From positions 1-42,142 of the forward strand of contig JAAFHQ010000001.1 in assembly GCA_013298445.1 (NCBI GenBank): a stretch of DNA of 42,142 nt, read 5' to 3'. The notes beneath the pieces were generated by a model. It made no database searches and had not been told where the DNA came from. It worked only from the letters and a program-made list of their open reading frames with translations. The position numbers and the translations under genes were made by a program. This document shows, piece by piece, positions 17,562 to 26,168 of this stretch; the first letter of the stretch is position 1, and every line of letters begins with the position of its first letter. This DNA is from Chitinophagales bacterium (GTDB taxonomy: Bacteria; Bacteroidota; Bacteroidia; Chitinophagales; Saprospiraceae).

Positions 17562-18485
17562 GTGAAAAGACATCTAAATGGCATAGTATTGATCGGGCTT
17601 TTGCTCCAATTGTTTGCTTGCGAAAAGCCTCAATTGCCTCTGGAAAATTACACCCCCAGCCTGGTAGTGATTTCTAATTTCAACACTTTGAATGGCATCC
17701 AGGTGCAAGTTTCCAAAAGTCAATCCCCTTTGGACAATGGACCTACGGAATACATCAACTATGCTACGGTAGAAATTTGGGAATCGGGCCTTTTACTGGA
17801 AAAATTAAATTTAAATGATACTCGGGAGGCAAAAACGCCCTTCTATACCAGTGAACTACTAAAACCCCGTGTAGGAGTAGATTATACCGTTAAAGTGTCG
17901 GCTAAAGGGTTTAAAACGGTTACTGCAACCAGCAGAATTCCTGAAAGAGTCAATCTGGACAGCGTGAAAATAGAAAAGCTAAGTGCCATACCAGATGACC
18001 CCGGGTACGTACGGTACACATTTGATTTGTCCATTTATTTCACCGATCCTCGCCTGGAGCGCAATTTCTACCACGTCAATGTTTTTCAAAAAAATGTAGT
18101 CATCCTAAAGGACGGAGTAGAACAAATAGAACAAATTAAAAAATTATCTTTTAGCTCTGCAATTAACACCAATTACATCGTCGCCAATTATGATGGCGGA
18201 TTTTTAATTGAAGACAAACCCATTGATGGCAATGCGATCCGGATTCCAGTTCCAATCAGCATTCGCATGCCAGCAGGTATACAGAATCTTGACGAAATGA
18301 TTGTTGAGCTGCGTTCGGTATCAGAAGAATATTACCTGTTTCACTCTACCGTTAGCCGCCAGCAGAACAACAACGACCAACCTTTCTCCGATCCCGTGGT
18401 GCTGTACAATAATATTCGTAATGGGCAGGGGGTATTTGCAGGTTATTCACAAGCCGAAAAGATTGTAAGCTTAAAACCACAATAG
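17562..18485 (+). CDS. DUF4249 family lipoprotein (TBDR partner)
   Basis: Lipobox LFA|C; LRSVSEEYYLF and PFSDPVVLYNNIRNGQGVFAG C-terminal motif; directly after the TBDR. Confidence 0.85.
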   Translation: MKRHLNGIVLIGLLLQLFACEKPQLPLENYTPSLVVISNFNTLNGIQVQVSKSQSPLDNGPTEYINYATVEIWESGLLLEKLNLNDTREAKTPFYTSELLKPRVGVDYTVKVSAKGFKTVTATSRIPERVNLDSVKIEKLSAIPDDPGYVRYTFDLSIYFTDPRLERNFYHVNVFQKNVVILKDGVEQIEQIKKLSFSSAINTNYIVANYDGGFLIEDKPIDGNAIRIPVPISIRMPAGIQNLDEMIVELRSVSEEYYLFHSTVSRQQNNNDQPFSDPVVLYNNIRNGQGVFAGYSQAEKIVSLKPQ

Positions 18486-18565
18486 CTTAATCTAGTTTTT
18501 GTCATCATTCAGCGACTTTCTTTTCTTTTTTTTCATTTTTTCCCAAAAAAATGTGCATCGGCGTG

Positions 18566-18589
18566 GGGGTAAGCCGATTCTTATGTGTC
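18566..18589 (+). promoter_or_regulatory. Putative ECF promoter GGGGTA-N12-TGTGTC upstream of the Crp/Fnr gene
   Basis: ggggta agccgattctta tgtgtc; identical boxes and spacer length to 13652-13675. Confidence 0.55.
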
Positions 18590-18640
18590 AAGGTTGTGTT
18601 GATTCAAAATAATCTACACTATTGAAAAAACTCTTGACTC

Positions 18641-19363
18641 ATGACCATATATGCCAGCAATACCCGCAAAAAGAATTTGGGCAATAGTTTAGAAGCCAAA
18701 ATGGCTTTCATTGAGCGTTACCCCTTGTTTTCTTGCCTTAGCCCAGAAGAAAAAATGCAATTGGCCAACCTAATGGAGCATCGCGAAAAATCGCGTTACG
18801 GCTACATTTACGAGGCGGGAGAGGGCTCAGATGTGCTCTATTTGCTGGCAGAAGGAGCCATCAAAATTGGGGCCACTTCACACGACGGCAAAGAGGTCAT
18901 CAAAGCCTTGATCCATCCTTTAGCCATGTTTGGCGAACTTGGACTGGTCGGCGAAGTACGTCGGCAGGAATTTGCCCAGGCAATGAAAGAAGAAGTTGTT
19001 TTGTTTGCCGTCAAAGTAGAGGAATTCCGCCGCTTGATGCGCCAGAACTTTGAATTGTGCAACCGGGTGATGCTTTATTTGGGTAACCGCCTGAGTTTGG
19101 CTGAGCAAAAAATGGAGTCCCTGATTTTTAAAGACGCCCGTACCCGGATTGTAGATTTCATCAAGGATTCAGTTTCCGATCGGGGTCAACGGGTAGGTTA
19201 TGAAATGCTCCTACGGCATTCCCTCACCCATCAAGATATTGCCAACATCACTTGTACTTCCCGTCAAACCGTAACCCTGGTACTCAATGAATTGCGCAAG
19301 TCCGACCTGATTTACTTTAACAGAGGTAAGATTTTGGTAAGGGATTTGGCGAGATTGATGTGA
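18641..19363 (+). CDS. Crp/Fnr family transcriptional regulator
   Basis: cNMP-binding fold (LYLLAEGAIKI, MFGEL) and HTH LTHQDIANITCTSRQTVTLVLNEL. Confidence 0.93.
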   Translation: MTIYASNTRKKNLGNSLEAKMAFIERYPLFSCLSPEEKMQLANLMEHREKSRYGYIYEAGEGSDVLYLLAEGAIKIGATSHDGKEVIKALIHPLAMFGELGLVGEVRRQEFAQAMKEEVVLFAVKVEEFRRLMRQNFELCNRVMLYLGNRLSLAEQKMESLIFKDARTRIVDFIKDSVSDRGQRVGYEMLLRHSLTHQDIANITCTSRQTVTLVLNELRKSDLIYFNRGKILVRDLARLM

Positions 19364-19475
19364 TGAATGATGAGTGATGAGTGATGAGTGATGAGTGATG
19401 AGTGATGAATTTTAGGGCAGAGCCAATTCATCATTTATCACTCATCATTTATCACTCATCATTTATCACTCATCA
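19361..19475. repeat. Inverted heptamer tandem arrays (TGATRAR x7 per arm) forming a 50-bp stem
   Basis: 19361-19410 = (TGATGAR)7+T; 19426-19475 = reverse complement of (TGATGAG/TGATAAA/TGATGAA)7; 15-nt loop; between convergent genes. Confidence 0.92.
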
Positions 19476-20618
19476 TTTCCCTCTAAGTATTTCCCTCGAA
19501 ATCACCAGCTTCTGAATCTCGCTGGTGCCTTCACCTATGGTGCACAATTTGGCATCGCGGTAGAATTTTTCAACTGGAAAATCCTTGATATAGCCATACC
19601 CACCGTGAACCTGCACGGCATCAGTAGATACTTCCACGGCAGTTTCCGAAGCGAAGTATTTGGCCATCGCTGAAAGTTTAGTTACATTTTTACCTTGATC
19701 CTTCAATTCACCTGCCTGACGCACCAAAAGTTCTGACGCTTCAATTTTAGTCGCCATATCTGCCAGTTTAAAGCTGATGGCTTGGAAATTGGCGATGGGT
19801 TGTCCGAATTGATGGCGCTCTTTGGCGTACTTCAGGGAGGCTTGATAGGCTCCTTTGGCAATACCTAAAGAAAGGGCAGCGATAGAAATGCGCCCTCCAT
19901 CCAGAATTTTCATGGACTGGATAAAGCCCTCCCCTTCTTCACCCAGGATTTGGCTTTTGTGTACCCGACAATTGTCAAAAATCATCTCGGCGGTTTCGGA
20001 GGCCCGCATGCCGAGTTTGTTTTCTTTCTTGCCAGCATAAAAACCAGGAGTGCCTCTCTCCACCACAAATGCAGTCATCCCGTGGCTATCCAGCAATTCT
20101 CCGGTACGCACGATCACCACTGCAACATTACCGGACGCACCGTGCGTGATGAAGTTTTTAGCACCATTGATGACATAATAATCTCCATCGCGCTCAGCAA
20201 CACATTTCATACGGCCAGCATCGCTACCTGTATTGGGCTCGGTAAGTCCCCAGGCACCAATCCATTCTCCGGAGGCCAGTTTTGGCAAGTAGCGATGTTT
20301 TTGTTCTTCGTTGGCGAAAGACAAAATATGGTTGGTACACAGCGAATTATGGGCTGCGACGGATAGACCAATTGATCCACATACCTGGGAGATCTCCTCA
20401 ATGACCGTGATGTATTCCTGGTATCCCAGGCCTGCTCCACCGTAATGTTCGGGCACCAATACACCCAAAAAGCCATAGTGACCCATTTGGTGAAACAAAT
20501 CCACCGGAAAATGAGAAGCTTCGTCCCATTCCATCACGTGGGGTCGAATGTAGGTTTCTGCAAAATCACGGGCACTCTCCTTGATTAATTGCAAGTTTTC
20601 CAAGGTTTCAACATTCAT
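19473..20618 (-). CDS. Acyl-CoA dehydrogenase
   Basis: [54 protein letters not shown]. Confidence 0.96.
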   Translation of the reverse strand: MNVETLENLQLIKESARDFAETYIRPHVMEWDEASHFPVDLFHQMGHYGFLGVLVPEHYGGAGLGYQEYITVIEEISQVCGSIGLSVAAHNSLCTNHILSFANEEQKHRYLPKLASGEWIGAWGLTEPNTGSDAGRMKCVAERDGDYYVINGAKNFITHGASGNVAVVIVRTGELLDSHGMTAFVVERGTPGFYAGKKENKLGMRASETAEMIFDNCRVHKSQILGEEGEGFIQSMKILDGGRISIAALSLGIAKGAYQASLKYAKERHQFGQPIANFQAISFKLADMATKIEASELLVRQAGELKDQGKNVTKLSAMAKYFASETAVEVSTDAVQVHGGYGYIKDFPVEKFYRDAKLCTIGEGTSEIQKLVISREILRGK

Positions 20619-20782
20619 AAAACTATATTTTGCACCTGCTACACGATTTGGTCAATCTATGATGACAACCGCACAGCGATAGTTGTTTCCAAAAGCTCAT
20701 TTATAATAAAACAGCTTTTGAATTGTTCAGTTTAGAGGGAAAAATCTTGCTTTGAACGTAGGCTTTTTTATCCAGTTCGGAT

Positions 20783-21958
20783 TTATCGTTTTTCCTGGCC
20801 TTTGGCACTTCCTTGAAAAGGGGGGCTTTTTTGTTCTACAAAGCCCAATGCTCTGCGCATTTTTTGATTGATGCTGGTATTTTCAAAGATCCCAGCAAAT
20901 TGCTTCGACATCGGACCATAGGCAAACACCGGAATCATACTCGCGGTGTGATTGATCGTAGTAAAGGCCGTTTCAACTTTGTTCATTTTGGAACCTGGAT
21001 TCAGCGCCATACCGCCACACTCGTGATCAGCCGTTACAATCACCAGGGTATTTCCCCGAGAGCGAGCAAAATTTAAAGCCTCTCCAACGGCGCGGTCAAA
21101 ATCCAGGGCTTCCTTAATCGCCAGTTTTCCATCGTTGGCATGACAAGCCCAATCGATTTGTGAGCCCTCAATCATGATGAAAAAACCTTTGTCTTTGCCG
21201 CGTTTTTCCAGGAACTCCAATCCACGCCGGGTAGCATAAGGCAAATAATCGCGGCCAGCAGCAACATTGAGCGGGTGTTTATCGGCAGTGAGGTAGATCA
21301 AGTTCTCCGAAGGATCCCAGCGCATTTCATGTAAATCCTCCTGGGAATAATCGGTTACTTTATACCCCTTTTGCGCAAACTCCTCGTATAGATTACGGTT
21401 GTCTATTTCCCGGCGGTCAAAATACTTTTTCCCTCCTCCGATCAGAAGATCCACCGGAGTTTTAAGCATATCCACTGCAATCTCTTCATATTGCTCCCGC
21501 GATACCACATGGGCAATGAAGGCAGCTGGAGTAGCATGAACAATGGTGGAAGTGGCAATCAAACCAGTAGCCAGGCCATTTTCTTCTGCTTCTTCCAGAA
21601 TGGTTTTAACCCCCAAAGTGTCTTTATCAACACCAATGGCGCCGTTAAAGGTTTTGATGCCACAGGCAAAAGCGGTAGCTCCAGCAGCCGAATCGGTCAC
21701 CAAATCATCGTAAGAGTAGGATTTATGAAAACCCAGCACTGGCATTTGTTCCAGATTGAGTTTGGCATTGTTGCTGAACATGGCCGCACTGATCTGGGAC
21801 AAGCCCATCCCGTCACCGATCAATAAAATGACGTTTTTGGGTTTTTCGGGCAGAGCGTTTTCAACGGGTGCCGTGCTCCCACAAGCCCAAAACAGAAAAC
21901 TCAGGCTACCCAGTAGCAACATTTTACCCGATATTTGTTGTAGCAATCTTCTCAACAT
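20783..21958 (-). CDS. Alkaline phosphatase (PhoA family), lipoprotein
   Basis: NVILLIGDGMG, TDSAAGATA (catalytic Ser), HATPAAF, EGSQIDWACH, TADHE; lipobox FWA|C. Confidence 0.93.
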   Translation of the reverse strand: MLRRLLQQISGKMLLLGSLSFLFWACGSTAPVENALPEKPKNVILLIGDGMGLSQISAAMFSNNAKLNLEQMPVLGFHKSYSYDDLVTDSAAGATAFACGIKTFNGAIGVDKDTLGVKTILEEAEENGLATGLIATSTIVHATPAAFIAHVVSREQYEEIAVDMLKTPVDLLIGGGKKYFDRREIDNRNLYEEFAQKGYKVTDYSQEDLHEMRWDPSENLIYLTADKHPLNVAAGRDYLPYATRRGLEFLEKRGKDKGFFIMIEGSQIDWACHANDGKLAIKEALDFDRAVGEALNFARSRGNTLVIVTADHECGGMALNPGSKMNKVETAFTTINHTASMIPVFAYGPMSKQFAGIFENTSINQKMRRALGFVEQKSPPFQGSAKGQEKR

Positions 21959-22036
21959 CGCATCTCCAGATTAGATTTGGGGAAAATAACCAATTATATT
22001 CAATTGAACGGCTTTTAAAAATGCTAAATTGGGGAG

Positions 22037-22044
22037 CAAAGATA
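22037..22044 (-). promoter_or_regulatory. -7 element TATCTTTG for the alkaline phosphatase
   Basis: caaagata on +, about 80 nt upstream of the ATG. Confidence 0.5.
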
Positions 22045-22160
22045 AAAATTTGCAGGCATTGCCAGCCAAGTTCAATGTTTATCTTAACATTTCCTTTAGT
22101 AACCTTACCGCCGCTTCTCCTGTCTTACTGTTTAATTTGCTCACCAGTTTAAAGATTACC

Positions 22161-23189
22161 ATGGGAACTGAAATTACCAAACCTCGTTTTTTTGCTTTAC
22201 TGACAACCTTGTCGCTGTTGGTCGCAGGTGCGCTAAGCGCCCAAAATCCTTCCATTTTCAACACATTGGGGCAAGTTGCCAACCAGGAAGTAACCATGGT
22301 TCTGGATTTTGAGTCATTAAATGAATTGCGCAAGAAAGATGAATCTTTTCCGGCCCAGATAAGGTACAAACAGGCCAATGGAGATTCCCTTTCATGGAAT
22401 GTAAAACTGAGTGTAAGAGGCCGATACCGCCGACTTTTTTGTGATTTCCCTCCACTTAAGGTTGTTTTCCCCAAAAAAGACTTGCAAGCTAAAGGCCTCG
22501 CCAATTTTAACGACCTGAAATGGGTAACCCACTGCTTTGAAGACCACGAATCGGATGAACATCTGCTGCGGGAATACCTGGCCTATGGCTTGTACCAGCA
22601 AATTTCACCTTATAGCTATCGTACACAACTGCTAAAAGTGACCTACATCAACACCCATAAGCCCAATCAAAAGATAGTCCGTTTTGCTTTCATTGTAGAA
22701 GATGACGCCGAAATTTCACAACGCCTGAGGCTTAAAGAATGTAAAGATTGTTTTGTCGCCCACCGCGATTCACTCGATCTGAAAAGTGAAAACAGCGTCG
22801 CCGTTTTTCAATACATGATTGGCAATACCGACTGGAGCATTACCAAAGGTCAAAAAAACGTGAAGTATTTTAAACCGCTCAGTGGCGGCAAAATGGTCGT
22901 TATTCCACATGATTTTGATTTCAGTGGCTTTGTTGATGCGGGTTATGCTGTGCCTGCAACAGGTACAAACATTCAAACCGTAAAAGAGCGGGCGTTTTTA
23001 GGGTTTAAAGCGGATAAGGCCATTTGGAATGAGACCTTGGATTTGTACAAAAGCAAACAAAACGCCTTCATCCAGTTCATCGAGGCTTTTCCCCATTTGA
23101 AGGAAAATTCAAAAAAAGAAAGCATTCGGTACCTCAACTCCTTTTTCTCACGAGACGCGGGCAAGTTACTGGCTTCACAGAGCAACTAG
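22161..23189 (+). CDS. Secreted hypothetical protein with CotH-like/atypical kinase motifs
   Basis: Start refined to ATG 22161, signal peptide LSA|Q; RGRYRR..CDFPPLK, LKWVTHC, LLREYLAY, FQYMIGNTDWS...KNVK, PHDFDFSG. Confidence 0.7.
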   Translation: MGTEITKPRFFALLTTLSLLVAGALSAQNPSIFNTLGQVANQEVTMVLDFESLNELRKKDESFPAQIRYKQANGDSLSWNVKLSVRGRYRRLFCDFPPLKVVFPKKDLQAKGLANFNDLKWVTHCFEDHESDEHLLREYLAYGLYQQISPYSYRTQLLKVTYINTHKPNQKIVRFAFIVEDDAEISQRLRLKECKDCFVAHRDSLDLKSENSVAVFQYMIGNTDWSITKGQKNVKYFKPLSGGKMVVIPHDFDFSGFVDAGYAVPATGTNIQTVKERAFLGFKADKAIWNETLDLYKSKQNAFIQFIEAFPHLKENSKKESIRYLNSFFSRDAGKLLASQSN

Positions 23190-24449
23190 AATCAAGTACA
23201 ACACTCCAGCACTGATAACCAGGCCGAAACCCCTCAAAGCAGCTTTCCGCAAGGACGGAACACCACGAATCAAACTGACGCTCAGTTTGAAGATCGAGTT
23301 GGAAAAAATAGCAGCGAGAATCAAGCCTCGGGCTACCTTACTCTGTTCGGGGTGTACTGCAGCCCATTTGGCCGTACTCAAAGTGATGGCATCAATATCG
23401 GCAATCCCCGTAATGGCTGCACTGACGTACGCCATGGAAGCGTTCAGCCATTCGCGGGTATAATACATCAGTAAGGTAGTGGCAATGTACAACCCAGCAA
23501 AGAACAAGGCGTTTTTAATGTCCAGCGGATTCCCGGCATCCAGTGCCCCGGTTTGAACCTGCTCCTCTTTGCGCCAACTGATGAACGCAGGAACAACACT
23601 AGCCAGCAACATCATGGCCAGGGGTAAAATCAACAACTTGGCCACCGGAAAGGCAAAAATGGTGGTCAAAATAAAAACCCGTACCAGCATAACCGAAGAG
23701 GCCAGTACAATTCCGGCACCGTAGACAGGTCCATATTCAGGCTTCTCCCGACTACGTGAAGCAAAAACCCAGGCAATCATCGTGGATGAAAACAAGCCCC
23801 CAATCAAGGCCGACAGCAAAATCCCTTTGTTGGGGCTACCAAATTTCAACAAAAGATAACCACCAAAATTAAAGGTCAGGACTACCACCACAATCAAACC
23901 CAAGTCCCGCACATTGATGGAGTTATCAGGGCCAAAAGTTTGATTGGGCAGCATAGGTAAAATCAGCAGTGCTAGAATGATGAATTTGATAAAAGCAAAT
24001 AATTCTTCATTGGTTAATTTTCTGACGATGTTGTGGAGTTGTTCCTTGAGGGATAAAATGGTCGTGATGATCACTACAGCAGCCAAGGCTTCCTGGAAAT
24101 AACGATAGGCAATCAAAATGCCCAAAAAGAAGGTTAGCAACATACCCAATTCCGAAGTCAAGCCGAGCCTTTGATGTTGAGCCTGGATGAAGTAGGCAAC
24201 CCCGATCAGCCCTATAAAACCCAGGGTAGCGGCCAACAACAGGTAAACATGGGTGTGTTGGGCCAATTCTCCAACGATGAATCCGGCCAGGGCGATCAGG
24301 GTAAAAGTTCGAAGTCCACCCAAATGGGCAGCCTCGCCATGGGTATTAAACTCTCGCTCCAGTCCAATGATCAAGCCCACTCCACTGGCCACCAAAAGGC
24401 CAATGACAAAAGATCCAAAGGGGTTGTTAAAAAAGTCTGATATGTTCAA
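23175..24449 (-). CDS. MgtC/SapB family membrane protein with DUF4010 domain
   Basis: GLIIGLERE, GGLRTFTLIAL, GGLFSST, GIADIDAITLS; many TM helices. Confidence 0.9.
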   Translation of the reverse strand: MNISDFFNNPFGSFVIGLLVASGVGLIIGLEREFNTHGEAAHLGGLRTFTLIALAGFIVGELAQHTHVYLLLAATLGFIGLIGVAYFIQAQHQRLGLTSELGMLLTFFLGILIAYRYFQEALAAVVIITTILSLKEQLHNIVRKLTNEELFAFIKFIILALLILPMLPNQTFGPDNSINVRDLGLIVVVVLTFNFGGYLLLKFGSPNKGILLSALIGGLFSSTMIAWVFASRSREKPEYGPVYGAGIVLASSVMLVRVFILTTIFAFPVAKLLILPLAMMLLASVVPAFISWRKEEQVQTGALDAGNPLDIKNALFFAGLYIATTLLMYYTREWLNASMAYVSAAITGIADIDAITLSTAKWAAVHPEQSKVARGLILAAIFSNSIFKLSVSLIRGVPSLRKAALRGFGLVISAGVLYLILVAL

Positions 24450-24622
24450 TTGCCAACGGTTTTTCCATTAAATATGCAAAATTTTGGCCTAACCTACTAA
24501 TTTATTTAACTTGCCTCTATGAAATGCAATGAATAGAGCGTTTAAAATTCTTTTAGGATTTTGAAAGATTTCATGAACAAGTTCCCTGCTCTGTTTTGTT
24601 GCAGCGTCTGACAAATTACTTT

Positions 24623-25177
24623 ATGGAACAAAAAATCACAATTCCCGATTCCCAACTCATTCTAATGGTCAAAAACGGTGACCGTGCTGTAATCCCTTTG
24701 CTCTATCAACGTTATTCTTCTGCACTTTATGGATTAATCGTAAAGACAATAGGAAATCAAGAAGATGCGTCGGAGATACTCCAGGACGTGTTCATCAAAA
24801 TATGGCAAAGGGGAAATCAGTATCAGGAAGACAAGGGTTCACTACTGGGTTGGATGATGCGCATTGCTAAAAATGCGGCATTGGACCACACCCGATCACG
24901 CGTGGTTTCACAACGATCGAAAACCGATCAAATGGATAACTTCGTATCTGATGTTAAGGGCCCCAAATCTGAAGCGCTGATTCCCGATGTGGGTTTGCGC
25001 AAAGTGCTTGACCGAATGGATGAACGTCACCGTCAAATGATTGACTTGTTGTACTACCAAAATTATACGCAATCCGAAGTTGAAGAACTGCTGGGGATAC
25101 CTCTGGGTACGGTAAAAACGCGTGCCCGGGCCGCCATCGGCGAGTTGCGGAAAATTTTGCGCAATGAAAAGCTGTAA
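24623..25177 (+). CDS. ECF sigma-70 factor (SigK-like)
   Basis: Start refined to ATG 24623; LYQRYSSALYG, LQDVFIKIW, YTQSEVEELLGIPLGTVKTR. Confidence 0.92.
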   Translation: MEQKITIPDSQLILMVKNGDRAVIPLLYQRYSSALYGLIVKTIGNQEDASEILQDVFIKIWQRGNQYQEDKGSLLGWMMRIAKNAALDHTRSRVVSQRSKTDQMDNFVSDVKGPKSEALIPDVGLRKVLDRMDERHRQMIDLLYYQNYTQSEVEELLGIPLGTVKTRARAAIGELRKILRNEKL

Positions 25178-25304
25178 GGCGAGATTTTGTGAACCTAAAA
25201 GAGCACAAACAAACCGTGACCTTTTGATTTTACCGCTCAAGTGCGGATCGTTTAAATAGGTTTGTTGTCTCTTAATGAATAAATAACCATTAATCCTCTA
25301 ACAA

Positions 25305-26105
25305 GTGGAAAAATTCAATATTCAGGAATATTTGGATAGTGGCGTCATAGAAATGTATGTTTTGGATCAATTGAGTGACGCAGAAAGGGAGGAAGTTGAA
25401 AAACTGGCTGCCCAATATCCAGAAATTCGGGAAGAAATCGTGGAGGTAGAAGAGGCCATGGGAACTTACCATACCCTGGAAGGCCTAACCCCACCTGATC
25501 ATATTTTGTCCAATATCATGGCCGCTACTGCAGTTGGTTCGGTTGCTGCTGTAGAAAGCAAGGTAACTCCATCGCCCAAACGTACTTTATCGACCCTTTG
25601 GCCAATGGCCGCGGGTATAGTAGGTTTAGCCCTGGCAACCTGGATGTACATTGGCAAACAATCGGCTCAACAAGAGCTGGTTACGCTGCAAAAAACGACT
25701 GAAGATTTACGTGCTAACCAAAAAGTGCTTGGCGACAGATTGCAAGGTTCTGAGCAGGCGTTGAATGAACTTAAAGGTGCCTGTTGTGCGGAAAAACTGG
25801 TGGTTAAAGCGGCTGATCAACCCATTGCGTCCGTGTACTGGAACAAAAATGCTCGATTGGCGCATTTGAAACTGGAAAACCTCGCTGATCCTGGAAAAGA
25901 CAAACAATACCAATTGTGGGCCTTCGTAGGTGGAAAACCTGTAAGCATTGGGGTAGTGGATTGGGAAGCGCTCCAAAAAGGATTGGTTACTTTTGAGTTC
26001 AAAAACAAACCCGAAGCCTTTGCCATTTCCCTGGAAAAATTCGGGGGATCACCCGTGCCTACCGCTGTCAAAGGTGCAAGTGATGCTGTTGTAAATCAAG
26101 GTTAA
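25305..26105 (+). CDS. Anti-sigma factor, RskA family
   Basis: YLDSGVIEMYVL N-terminus, TM, coiled coil, KQYQLWA, AFAISLEKFGGSPVPT. Confidence 0.9.
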   Translation: MEKFNIQEYLDSGVIEMYVLDQLSDAEREEVEKLAAQYPEIREEIVEVEEAMGTYHTLEGLTPPDHILSNIMAATAVGSVAAVESKVTPSPKRTLSTLWPMAAGIVGLALATWMYIGKQSAQQELVTLQKTTEDLRANQKVLGDRLQGSEQALNELKGACCAEKLVVKAADQPIASVYWNKNARLAHLKLENLADPGKDKQYQLWAFVGGKPVSIGVVDWEALQKGLVTFEFKNKPEAFAISLEKFGGSPVPTAVKGASDAVVNQG

Positions 26106-26168
26106 ACCTAAATTTTCTATATCGCTCCAAATTTTGCTAGTTTTACCTCATCAAAAAACCGTCTGGTT

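Noticed and set aside
19361-19475. CRISPR array
   Set aside because: 7-nt tandem units with no unique spacers, and no cas genes in the window.
24575-24600. ECF promoter for the SigK-like gene (TGAAC...TGTT)
   Set aside because: No convincing second copy or -10 box, so it is too weak to call.
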